A stretch of 56,440 bases of DNA from Promethearchaeia archaeon (lineage in GTDB: Archaea; Asgardarchaeota; Lokiarchaeia; Sigyniarchaeales; SOKP01): positions 1 to 56,440 of the forward strand of contig JAHQWK010000005.1 of the NCBI GenBank assembly GCA_029856145.1, read 5' to 3'. The position numbers and the translations under genes were made by a program. The stretch's first letter is position 1. Every line of letters begins with the position of its first letter. The notes below the pieces were generated by a model. It was not told the DNA's origin. It was given only the letters and a program-made list of their open reading frames with translations, and did not search any database. Of this stretch, positions 48,736-56,440 are shown in pieces.

Positions 48736-50112
48736 TTAAGAAGAGTCTTCTGTATCATCATCTTTTTTAAATTTTTCAACTTCATTTTCAAATTTTTCAA
48801 CGATATGTTTCGCGTCAGTTTTTATTTCAATTCGTTTTTCATCAATTTCTTTTTGTTCTTCAATTTTTTTTGCATATTTTTCTATAGTGGTAAGGATTTT
48901 CTCACTCACATCTCCTAAATTTAGATGTAGTCCGGTACGTTGTTCATCTAATTCCCGTTGTTTCTCAATTCGAAATGCTTTCTCACTAACAGATTTCTCA
49001 ATTTTTTCTCCTGTGCCGTCGATATCTGCATTTATTTCCTTACGCTGTTCATCCAATTCCCGTTGCTTCTCAATTCGAAAGGCTTTCTCACTAATAGATT
49101 TCTCAATTTTTTCTCCTGTCCCATCAATATCTGCGTGTATTTCCTTACGCCGTTCATCCAATTCCCGTTGCTTCTCAATTCGAAAAGCTTTCTCACCAAT
49201 TGATCTCTCAATTTTTTCTCCAGTCCCATCAATATCTGCGTGTATTTCCTTACGCTTTTCATCCAATTCCCGTTGCTTTTCAATTCGAAACGCTTTCTCA
49301 CCAATTGATCTCTCAATTTTTTCTCCTGTACCGTCGATATCTGCGTGTATTCCTTTACGTTGTTCATTCAATTCTCGCTGTTTTTCAATTCGAAATGCTT
49401 TCTCACTAACGGATTTCTCAATTTTTTCTCCTGTACCGTCGATATCTGCATGCATTTCCTTACGCTTTTCATCCAATTCCCGTTGCTTTTCAATTCGAAA
49501 CGCTTTCTCACCAATTGATCTCTCAATTTTTTCTCCTGTACCGTCGATATCTGCGTGTATTCCTTTACGCTGTTCATTCAATTCTCGCTGTTTTTCAATT
49601 CGAAACGCTTTCTCACTAACAGATCTCTCAATTTTTTCTCCTGTACTGTCGATATCTGCATGTATTTCCTTAAGCTGTTCATCCAATTCCCGTTGCTTTT
49701 CAATTCGAAACGCTTTCTCACCAATTGATCTCTCAATTTTTTCTCCAGTCCCATCAATATCTGCATGTATTTCCTTACGCTGTTCATCCAATTCCCGTTG
49801 CTTCTCAATTCGAAACGCTTTCTCACTAACAGATCTCTCAATTTTTTCTCCTGTACCGTCGATATCAGCATGTATTCCTATAAGCTGTTCATGAATTTCT
49901 CGTCGTTTTTCAATCATAAATGCTTTTTCATCAATAGAACCTGAAATCTGTTCCTTTCCCTTTTTAAAAGCTAATTTTCTTTCTTCTTCAGTACTTTTTA
50001 AATAGGCCTCTCTCTCTTCTTTTTCTTTCTTATAAAGTTCATCAACAAGCTTTTTTTGTTGTTCTATTTCTTCCTGAGATAAAGGTTTTTCATTTTCACC
50101 CAAATTTCTCAC
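48736..50112 (-). CDS. Highly charged tandem-repeat (35-aa) protein
   Basis: Nine near-identical repeats (E/G)IHADIDGTGEKIE(R/K)S(V/I)(S/G)EKAFRIEKQREL(D/N)E(Q/K)RK plus degenerate flanking units. Confidence 0.85.
   Translation of the reverse strand: MRNLGENEKPLSQEEIEQQKKLVDELYKKEKEEREAYLKSTEEERKLAFKKGKEQISGSIDEKAFMIEKRREIHEQLIGIHADIDGTGEKIERSVSEKAFRIEKQRELDEQRKEIHADIDGTGEKIERSIGEKAFRIEKQRELDEQLKEIHADIDSTGEKIERSVSEKAFRIEKQRELNEQRKGIHADIDGTGEKIERSIGEKAFRIEKQRELDEKRKEMHADIDGTGEKIEKSVSEKAFRIEKQRELNEQRKGIHADIDGTGEKIERSIGEKAFRIEKQRELDEKRKEIHADIDGTGEKIERSIGEKAFRIEKQRELDERRKEIHADIDGTGEKIEKSISEKAFRIEKQRELDEQRKEINADIDGTGEKIEKSVSEKAFRIEKQRELDEQRTGLHLNLGDVSEKILTTIEKYAKKIEEQKEIDEKRIEIKTDAKHIVEKFENEVEKFKKDDDTEDSS
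48934..49878 (-). repeat. Tandem repeat, 9 x 105 bp
   Basis: TCAATTCGAAA..CTTTCTCAC recurs every 105 nt. Confidence 0.95.
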
Positions 50113-50252
50113 TTTCTAAAAATTTTTGGCATTTTTTTTTAAATATAATATCAAAATTAGTATTTAATAATTTTTATGTTTAAACTATAAATAAGTTTTA
50201 AGATAAATAAGGAGTATTAGGATTTAACTAAAATTATAAGTTTTCTAATTAT

Positions 50253-51002
50253 CTATTTTATAGGAATTGGTCCAAAAGAATCCTCTTGCATATGTTCCAT
50301 AAGGCTTTCCATTGTTAATTTCAGTGTGAGCATTTCCATAACTTCCATCTCTAATTTCTTTGCTTTTTCAGAATCTAATGCTAAGTTATGTTTTGTAATT
50401 AAATTTTTGAATTCTTTTTTTAAATTTTCTCTTAACTCATCTTGTTTATTTAAATTGATATCTTGAGTTTCTAGCCATTTATCTATCTTTTGTTTAATTT
50501 GAATGTCTACATTATTATCTAAATTATACGTAACCTCAACTTCATTGAGATTCTCTAGATTATTAAGATATTTTTGATCTTGGTACATTGGTTTAAGTAA
50601 TAATCCAAGATTCATGATTAAAGGTTGTTTTTGAAGTTTCTCTAAGGAATCTGTTAAGAATTCTAAAACTTGATCTTTTTGCGTTATTTTTGAATAATTA
50701 ATATATTGTTGGACAAAATGCATTATTGAATTTTTTATTAATAATTCTTCAAAATCAAAGATAGATTCAGGTTCAATTTCAAGAGTATTATTAATACAAG
50801 TGTGTAATGAGTTCATGAAAGGTTTAATATCTTTAAACATTGAGAATTTATCTATAAAACTCAAAATATCGCCTAAAATTTCGAGTTTATTCTCATCTGG
50901 TTCCGTGTTATAATAATGATTGATATTATGCTCCAAATCGCTGTTCTTATCAGAAATCGATAAGAGTTGTTTTACGTCAGAATAAATGGAACTTAAATCC
51001 AC
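50253..51002 (-). CDS. Hypothetical alpha-helical protein
   Basis: 249-aa ORF; no motif recognised. Confidence 0.7.
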   Translation of the reverse strand: MDLSSIYSDVKQLLSISDKNSDLEHNINHYYNTEPDENKLEILGDILSFIDKFSMFKDIKPFMNSLHTCINNTLEIEPESIFDFEELLIKNSIMHFVQQYINYSKITQKDQVLEFLTDSLEKLQKQPLIMNLGLLLKPMYQDQKYLNNLENLNEVEVTYNLDNNVDIQIKQKIDKWLETQDINLNKQDELRENLKKEFKNLITKHNLALDSEKAKKLEMEVMEMLTLKLTMESLMEHMQEDSFGPIPIK

Positions 51003-51072
51003 GATAATTTTATTTTGTTTTCAATCTTTAAAAAAATTTATTTTATTTTAGAAAAAGATTAGAAAAAAAAAA

Positions 51073-52410
51073 TTAAAATGCTGTGGTGATTAATGCCGTA
51101 GTGCCATGTTTTTGAGCTTCCTGAATAAGTTCCATTACTTCTTCAGAAGATAAAGGAACTAAATCGAGAGCGCTCATACCAGATAATTTTAATTCAGCAG
51201 TAGTAGTGTCAGCAAGATTATTACAAGCACCTGAAAAAAATACTTTCCTTCTACCAAATTCTTTCCTTAATTTTTGACCCACTTCTTCAATAGCACAATA
51301 TCCTGCCACAAGTCCTTTTGTATACCCTTCTGCTTTTAATTGGTCTATAATATCCTCATTATGTCCTTTTCCCATAACAATAAACCAACCACCTTTAAAT
51401 TTTTCTGGATAATCAAAAGCTAACCATTGTAGTAATGATAACGGATTATTTTGACAGCCTTCTCTGCATAATAATTCTTTTCCTTTTATGATTTTAACAT
51501 TTTCTGGAAATTTTTGTAAGAGATCCCATTCATACTTTTCTTTATAAGCTTCTAAATCTTTTCCTATTACTTTTATTTTGTTTAAATCACCTTCGCCTAA
51601 TCCTCGTTCATAAGCTATTTTTAAATGAGGAACCTCATCAATTGTTAAACCGAATATTCTTGCTCCGACTATATCGACAGCTAATGTGTCTCTCCCCCCA
51701 ATAAGGATATTGAAAGGGATAATGTGTTGATCTTCCCATGCTGTGGGGGGATAATGTCCATGAATTGTACCTTCAATACCATCTATGATGGTAATATCTG
51801 GTTTGATTACATCATATACTTCCACTAACTTTGAATGTAAATTATAATTGTGGTCTTTACCACGATCCGCATGTTGAGGGAAACCCCATTGATTTTTAAT
51901 TCCCAAAGTAACAACAGTCATACTGTGAGTTTTCAATTTTGGTAAATTTATGTATGTAACAGAATCTCTGTTCTCAATAATTTTTGTTACTGTTTGTGGT
52001 AATCTATAAGTTTTTAAATTATATCCTCCTGGGACTTCTTCTGCTGAGGGTTTATACTTAAATTCATAATTAAACGTATCTTCCTCATCTAAATAAATTA
52101 TTTTTGCACCAGCTTTTTCGCAAATTTCTTTATAACCAGTAACGGTAAACACCACTCTCGTTATATTAGCTTGCGTTGAATTTTCCATTACAAATACTTT
52201 TGCACCCCTTTCTTTAAGAAAGCCTATTACAGCTTCTAAAACTTCTGGCGATGTGTAAGTATGTTTCTTAAAATTAATTCCATTCACTTTAATATAAACT
52301 TCTTTTGATTTTTTAAGGATGGTCCCGCCAGCGCTCTCAATCTGATTGAAAATTCGGTTTACAGCGGATTTAATCCCTTGATTTGTATCTTCAATATATA
52401 CTTCAGTCAT
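51073..52410 (-). CDS. DUF362 domain protein (probable Fe-S protein)
   Basis: VYIKVN, T.PEV..AV, INLPKLKTH..T.VTLGIKN..G, PD.TIIDGI, D..AVD, Cys-rich C-terminus. Confidence 0.85.
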   Translation of the reverse strand: MTEVYIEDTNQGIKSAVNRIFNQIESAGGTILKKSKEVYIKVNGINFKKHTYTSPEVLEAVIGFLKERGAKVFVMENSTQANITRVVFTVTGYKEICEKAGAKIIYLDEEDTFNYEFKYKPSAEEVPGGYNLKTYRLPQTVTKIIENRDSVTYINLPKLKTHSMTVVTLGIKNQWGFPQHADRGKDHNYNLHSKLVEVYDVIKPDITIIDGIEGTIHGHYPPTAWEDQHIIPFNILIGGRDTLAVDIVGARIFGLTIDEVPHLKIAYERGLGEGDLNKIKVIGKDLEAYKEKYEWDLLQKFPENVKIIKGKELLCREGCQNNPLSLLQWLAFDYPEKFKGGWFIVMGKGHNEDIIDQLKAEGYTKGLVAGYCAIEEVGQKLRKEFGRRKVFFSGACNNLADTTTAELKLSGMSALDLVPLSSEEVMELIQEAQKHGTTALITTAF

Positions 52411-52503
52411 AATTTTTCACTTTTTCTAACTATAATATCTTAAAGTTGTTATTTTATATCATTCTTTGGTAATTAATTTCTTACAAAATATTAAAGAATA
52501 GGT

Positions 52504-52521
52504 ATTTGACATATGTCAGAT
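52504..52521. promoter_or_regulatory. Palindromic operator ATTTGACATATGTCAGAT
   Basis: Perfect core TGACATATGTCA (52507-52518) just upstream of AAAAAAGTTTAAATA (BRE/TATA-like) of the PadR-ABC operon. Confidence 0.65.
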
Positions 52522-52598
52522 CACAAAAAAGTTTAAATAGAGCTTATTCTTTAATATTATTAAGCAAAAATTTTACTGGTTTTTAAGTGATATAGACA

Positions 52599-53348
52599 GT
52601 GTTTAAGAGAGATATAGATCAATTTAGGTTTGAGAATAGACCACATAGGTTCATGGGACAAGGTCCACCTGAGCATCATGGACCTCCTCATCAACCTCCA
52701 TTTGGTGGTCTTCATCCCTTTGGATCATTTCCACCATTTCCAAAAGGTCCTTTCAAACCTCCTTTACCTATAGGTCGAGAATCATTTCAAGAAATAAGAG
52801 ATTTTATCGTATTAATAATAATTTCTGAGTATCCTAATGGGATTACCGGTTATCAGCTACAAGATAAATATAATTTTCCAAGAGGAACCTTGATAAGAAC
52901 TCTACAGGAATTAGAGGATAAAAAATATTTAAATTCTAAAGAGGAAATAATAGAAGGGCGAGCAAATAAATTCTATATAATAACAGATGAGGGGAAGAAA
53001 TTTTTAGAAGAGTTAAAATTGAAATGGGCAAATTTATTCAGTATGATGTCAGAGATAACACCCTCTAAGGGTTTAAGATTGTTCTTAATAGAAAAAATAA
53101 AAGAATTTGAGTCGAAAGATGATGCCATCGATTTTTTTAGAGGTTTGAGATCCTGGATGAAAGGCATGCTTCAACGAATAGAAAGAAAAATTGAAACCTT
53201 TAAAGGGAGTAAAGCCGACTTAGATAGAATGATTGCGGAAATCGAGAAAATGGACACCTTAAGTAAAGATAAGATAATAGAAATGGTTGAGGAGTCAATT
53301 AGAAAAAGTGGAGAGTTTGAGAAAAGGGGGAAAAATTTATGCCAATAA
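52599..53348 (+). CDS. PadR-family transcriptional regulator with Pro/His-rich N-terminus
   Basis: TGYQLQ...PRGTL...LQELE...YL...GRANKFYIITDEGKKFL. Confidence 0.88.
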   Translation: MFKRDIDQFRFENRPHRFMGQGPPEHHGPPHQPPFGGLHPFGSFPPFPKGPFKPPLPIGRESFQEIRDFIVLIIISEYPNGITGYQLQDKYNFPRGTLIRTLQELEDKKYLNSKEEIIEGRANKFYIITDEGKKFLEELKLKWANLFSMMSEITPSKGLRLFLIEKIKEFESKDDAIDFFRGLRSWMKGMLQRIERKIETFKGSKADLDRMIAEIEKMDTLSKDKIIEMVEESIRKSGEFEKRGKNLCQ

Positions 53349-54430
53349 TCGAAGAAAAAGTAATTCCTAAAAAAGCAATTATTGACACATCAGAAGTTGT
53401 TATCAAACTAGAAAATTTAACAAAGAAATTTGGTAATTTGACTGCTGTCGATAATGTAAACCTCGAAGTTCATAGAGGGGAAACTATAGGATTAGTAGGA
53501 CCTAATGGAGCAGGTAAAACGACAACCATTAAAATGATTGCGAAAATATTGAGACCTACATCAGGTAGAATATTAATCAATACCAACCATCATGAATTAG
53601 AAGACTTACAAAAAGTTTCGAGGACAATCAGTAATATGGGTTTTTTAATAGATATTCCCACTTTTTATGATATGACTGCGTATCAATTGCTAAGATACTT
53701 TGCTAATCTTCAAAATTATCCGAAGGAAAAGATGGAAAACCGTATAGATGACCTATTAGCTTTATTTAAACTCAAAGATTGGAAATGGAAAAAAGTAAAG
53801 ACATTTTCCAAAGGCATGACTCAGAAATTAGGAATAATTCAGTCCATCTTACATGAACCAGACATCATCATATTAGATGAGCCTCAAACAGGTTTAGATC
53901 CAGCAGCACGCATTGAAATACGGAGCTATATTAGAGAGCTTCAATCCCTAGGAAAAACAATTTTTGTAGCATCGCATATGCTATATGAAATTTCTGAAGT
54001 ATGTGATAAAATAGCTTTAATTAATTATGGTTCCATAGTTGGATTTGATACAGTAGAAAATCTAGCAAGGGCTTTAAAAACTAATGAACTAAATTGTGTA
54101 TTGCTCAACCCTATTGCCTCAAATGAATTAGAACCGTTATTGACCCATTTGACTGAGAAACTTAATCCCTATTTAGAACAAAATTTAGATCCAAGTACTT
54201 CCAAGATTCCAATCAAATATAATCCTGAACATCAAGGTTTGAAGATTTTTTATGATGGAAGGAATGAGTCAAAAGGAGAAATTTTGAAAATTTTGATTAA
54301 GGAATTTGAATCTGATTTTACAGTAATCTCATATATTCAACCGAGATCATCTCAATTGGAAAGAGTTTATTTAGAAATGATAGCAGATGATGCGCCAAAA
54401 AATAAAATTAATCAAAATGGAGTGTTATAG
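53339..54430 (+). CDS. ABC-2 type transporter ATP-binding protein
   Basis: GPNGAGKTT, FSKGMTQK, ILDEP.TGLDP, SH. Confidence 0.95.
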   Translation: MPIIEEKVIPKKAIIDTSEVVIKLENLTKKFGNLTAVDNVNLEVHRGETIGLVGPNGAGKTTTIKMIAKILRPTSGRILINTNHHELEDLQKVSRTISNMGFLIDIPTFYDMTAYQLLRYFANLQNYPKEKMENRIDDLLALFKLKDWKWKKVKTFSKGMTQKLGIIQSILHEPDIIILDEPQTGLDPAARIEIRSYIRELQSLGKTIFVASHMLYEISEVCDKIALINYGSIVGFDTVENLARALKTNELNCVLLNPIASNELEPLLTHLTEKLNPYLEQNLDPSTSKIPIKYNPEHQGLKIFYDGRNESKGEILKILIKEFESDFTVISYIQPRSSQLERVYLEMIADDAPKNKINQNGVL

Positions 54431-55286
54431 AAAAATGAGAAACAAAAATGAAAGTAATATTGGAATAAAACCGGTTCTTTACACTATTGTTTTCGAAATG
54501 AAAAAACAGAGGAAAAAATTTTACTTTTTTCTCGGAATTGCTGTGCTTGTAGTCTTCCTTCAAAGCTTTTTGCTTCAAGCCTTATTGCCAACTTTCCTTC
54601 TATCGGATACACAAGCAGAGTTCTTCAATAGTGGTTTAACATTTATAGAATTCTTAGCCTTATTAGCAGCGTGTTTGTTTTTCTCGTCAATTATTTGTTC
54701 TGAATTTGACAAGAAAACCGGTTATATTGTTTTTCCTAAAATAAACAAATATAAATTGATACTAGGGAAATATATTGGAAATCTAGCTCTGGTAGTTGGC
54801 ATTCTTACCGCTTATTACTTTTTCCTTGGCCTTCTAGGATTATTCTATTATGGGGGACCAATTAACATTCGATTCTTCTATTCTTATGGTATTGCGATAT
54901 TATATGTAATAGCTCTTAGTAGTTTTGTAACATTTTTTAGCTCATTTATGAAAAGTGTAAATCTAACAATCATAACTACAATATTACTTCTCCTCATCGG
55001 ATTTAATATCGTAGATCAGATTGTTACAATGATATTTGCTGGAGATGTTGAACCTTTATATTCAATCACATATTTAGGTGGTCTCATAACAGGGATACTT
55101 CAAAATCCATTCCCTGACCCGAGATACGCTGAGATACCAATGGGGGGTATGGGTGGAGGCATGGAGGGTTTCACATTTTTTCAGTGGATAACACCTAGTG
55201 TCGAGATGGGGATTATATTGCTACTAATATTTAGTGTTGCTTATTTGTTATTAGCTGCATATCTATTCAAACGGAGGCAATTATAA
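54387..55286 (+). CDS. ABC-2 type transporter permease
   Basis: SEFDKKTG....P.I.K..LILGKY motif, about 6 TM, C-terminal FKRRQL; true start is probably near 54435. Confidence 0.9.
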   Translation: MMRQKIKLIKMECYRKMRNKNESNIGIKPVLYTIVFEMKKQRKKFYFFLGIAVLVVFLQSFLLQALLPTFLLSDTQAEFFNSGLTFIEFLALLAACLFFSSIICSEFDKKTGYIVFPKINKYKLILGKYIGNLALVVGILTAYYFFLGLLGLFYYGGPINIRFFYSYGIAILYVIALSSFVTFFSSFMKSVNLTIITTILLLLIGFNIVDQIVTMIFAGDVEPLYSITYLGGLITGILQNPFPDPRYAEIPMGGMGGGMEGFTFFQWITPSVEMGIILLLIFSVAYLLLAAYLFKRRQL

Positions 55287-55302
55287 AAGTGAGTGATAAA
55301 TT

Positions 55303-56283
55303 ATGCTAAGGAATAAGAAAATCGTAAAGCTTAATATGGTTTATTTTTTTGTTTTAGGAATTTTGTTAATGAGCATTAGTTCTTCAGTGTTTGCTGCTAA
55401 TTATGAAATTGGTTTAACAAAGGGAACTGATGTTTTAATCGTAAATCAATATAATGAAACTGCTTGGAAAAATACAGTGAATACCTCTTCATCACCCAAT
55501 AATTGGTTTGAAGGAGAGGCTGATACATTGGGCGCTCAAAGTAAAATTATGATTAAAGGGTGGAATTCTATTACATGGGGAACGTACGATGTTTTTGTCT
55601 CTCTATTTTTACCAGCATTGTTCGAATCTCAAGAAATTTTTTCATTATTAATGTTAATGGGTAGTCAAGGATATAATAAAACCACTATAAACAACAATTA
55701 CACAAATAGTTACGATCTATGGATTGGTCTAACTGCTGTATGGAATTTTACAGTTGGCGATTTTAAAGAAGATCCTAGTGATGCTAATGATCCAATTTTA
55801 ATATTCCAAAATCCTACAGATATCGATGATATTCTAAATGATTATAATAACTTATCAACTGTGCTTAATAATAATCCCGTAATTTTTTCTTCAGGATATA
55901 GTTTTCCGATCTTGGATTCAGATGAATTTTTATGGCTATTCATCTTTAACGGATTAGCATTAGGCACTCCCTCTGGTTCATACTTAGAAAACATGATTAA
56001 TACGCTCAATTGCAAAAATGCTACAGTTAACAAAAATATCCTCATAATAGACCGTGTTGGTGAAACAAATTACACTGTAGAAATTACTTATGGATCTGAA
56101 GGAACGATGTCTTCATTTGTAGTAAAAGATATTAGTGATAATATCATATACCAAATTGTTAGTAGAAATTCAGAATGGATCTTTTTTACAGTTGTCATCA
56201 TACTGGCAATTTGTATTGGAGGATTAAGTGCTTACTTAATATTCAGAAGACGAAAAATAAACAGATTTAGGAATAAGAAATAA
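55303..56283 (+). CDS. Cell-surface protein (signal peptide, C-terminal TM anchor)
   Basis: Signal peptide ending VFA, Asn-rich with many sequons, TM helix and basic tail. Confidence 0.8.
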   Translation: MLRNKKIVKLNMVYFFVLGILLMSISSSVFAANYEIGLTKGTDVLIVNQYNETAWKNTVNTSSSPNNWFEGEADTLGAQSKIMIKGWNSITWGTYDVFVSLFLPALFESQEIFSLLMLMGSQGYNKTTINNNYTNSYDLWIGLTAVWNFTVGDFKEDPSDANDPILIFQNPTDIDDILNDYNNLSTVLNNNPVIFSSGYSFPILDSDEFLWLFIFNGLALGTPSGSYLENMINTLNCKNATVNKNILIIDRVGETNYTVEITYGSEGTMSSFVVKDISDNIIYQIVSRNSEWIFFTVVIILAICIGGLSAYLIFRRRKINRFRNKK

Positions 56284-56349
56284 ATCTAAATTTTTTTTTA
56301 TTCTTATAAGAGCAAAAAGGTTGATATATTATAAGAAAAAAGTTAATAA

Positions 56350-56369
56350 ATATTGACATATATCAATAT
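56350..56369. promoter_or_regulatory. Palindromic operator ATATTGACATATATCAATAT
   Basis: 20-bp palindrome with one mismatch; same TTGACATAT core as 52504-52521; directly downstream of AAAAAAGTTAATAA (BRE/TATA-like). Confidence 0.6.
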
Positions 56370-56400
56370 ATGAGATATTCTAAAAAATAAGGGAAAAGTG

Positions 56401-56440
56401 ATGGCTGAAAAAATTGCTGAGAAATTTGAAAGCTCTATGA
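56401..56440 (+). CDS. Start of next ORF (3' partial)
   Basis: ATG GCT GAA... (MAEKIAEKFESSM) is open to the window end; GTGA precedes the ATG. Confidence 0.45.
   Translation, partial: MAEKIAEKFESSM

Noticed and set aside
48934-49878. Possible CRISPR array
   Set aside because: Units are contiguous with no unique spacers, are in frame within a protein, and no cas genes are present.
48887-49894. 335-aa antisense ORF and several short alternative-frame ORFs over the repeat array
   Set aside because: They are shadows of the 105-bp repeat: a stop-free unit propagates in every copy. The minus-strand ORF has unique flanks and normal composition.
50100-50135. Upstream ATG (MPKIFRK) one base out of frame with the repeat-protein start; possible programmed frameshift
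   Set aside because: The GTG start is adequate and there is no clear slippery site or stimulatory structure; chance or a single-base error is equally likely.
406-56045. Numerous short antisense or nested ORFs in the six-frame track (e.g. 406..633, 1455..1673, 7893..8282, 24053..24472, 39144..39482, 45295..45630)
   Set aside because: They overlap well-supported genes or AT-rich spacers and have no motifs; treated as spurious.

Overview
AT-rich, gene-dense chromosomal segment of an Asgard archaeon, most likely Lokiarchaeia/Promethearchaeota. The assignment rests on a Loki-type profilin, six Rab-like small GTPases without prenylation tails, five longin-like domains, archaeal TBP, thermosome, Cdc48 and PSTK. 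Housekeeping genes include argS, ileS, cysS, agmatinase, deoxyhypusine synthase, tetraether synthase (Tes), acyl-CoA ligase, peptidases and two ABC systems. I found no rRNA, tRNA, CRISPR array or transposase. Most notable observations: (1) two separate loci where a V4R (Bet3/TRAPP-related fold) gene lies between Rab-like GTPase genes, together with soluble and membrane-anchored longin proteins, which suggests a candidate proto-TRAPP/longin regulatory system for small GTPases; (2) an unannotated ~125-nt GC-rich structured element (46426-46549) that looks like a novel ncRNA; (3) a protein with nine near-identical 35-aa (105-bp) repeats; (4) an IleRS with a non-canonical QHGN signature; (5) overlapping agmatinase and DHS genes; (6) a cytoplasmic reductive dehalogenase-like gene beside a 5'-truncated gene; (7) a palindromic operator shared by two promoters. 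All calls come from reading motifs by eye; no database searches were run.
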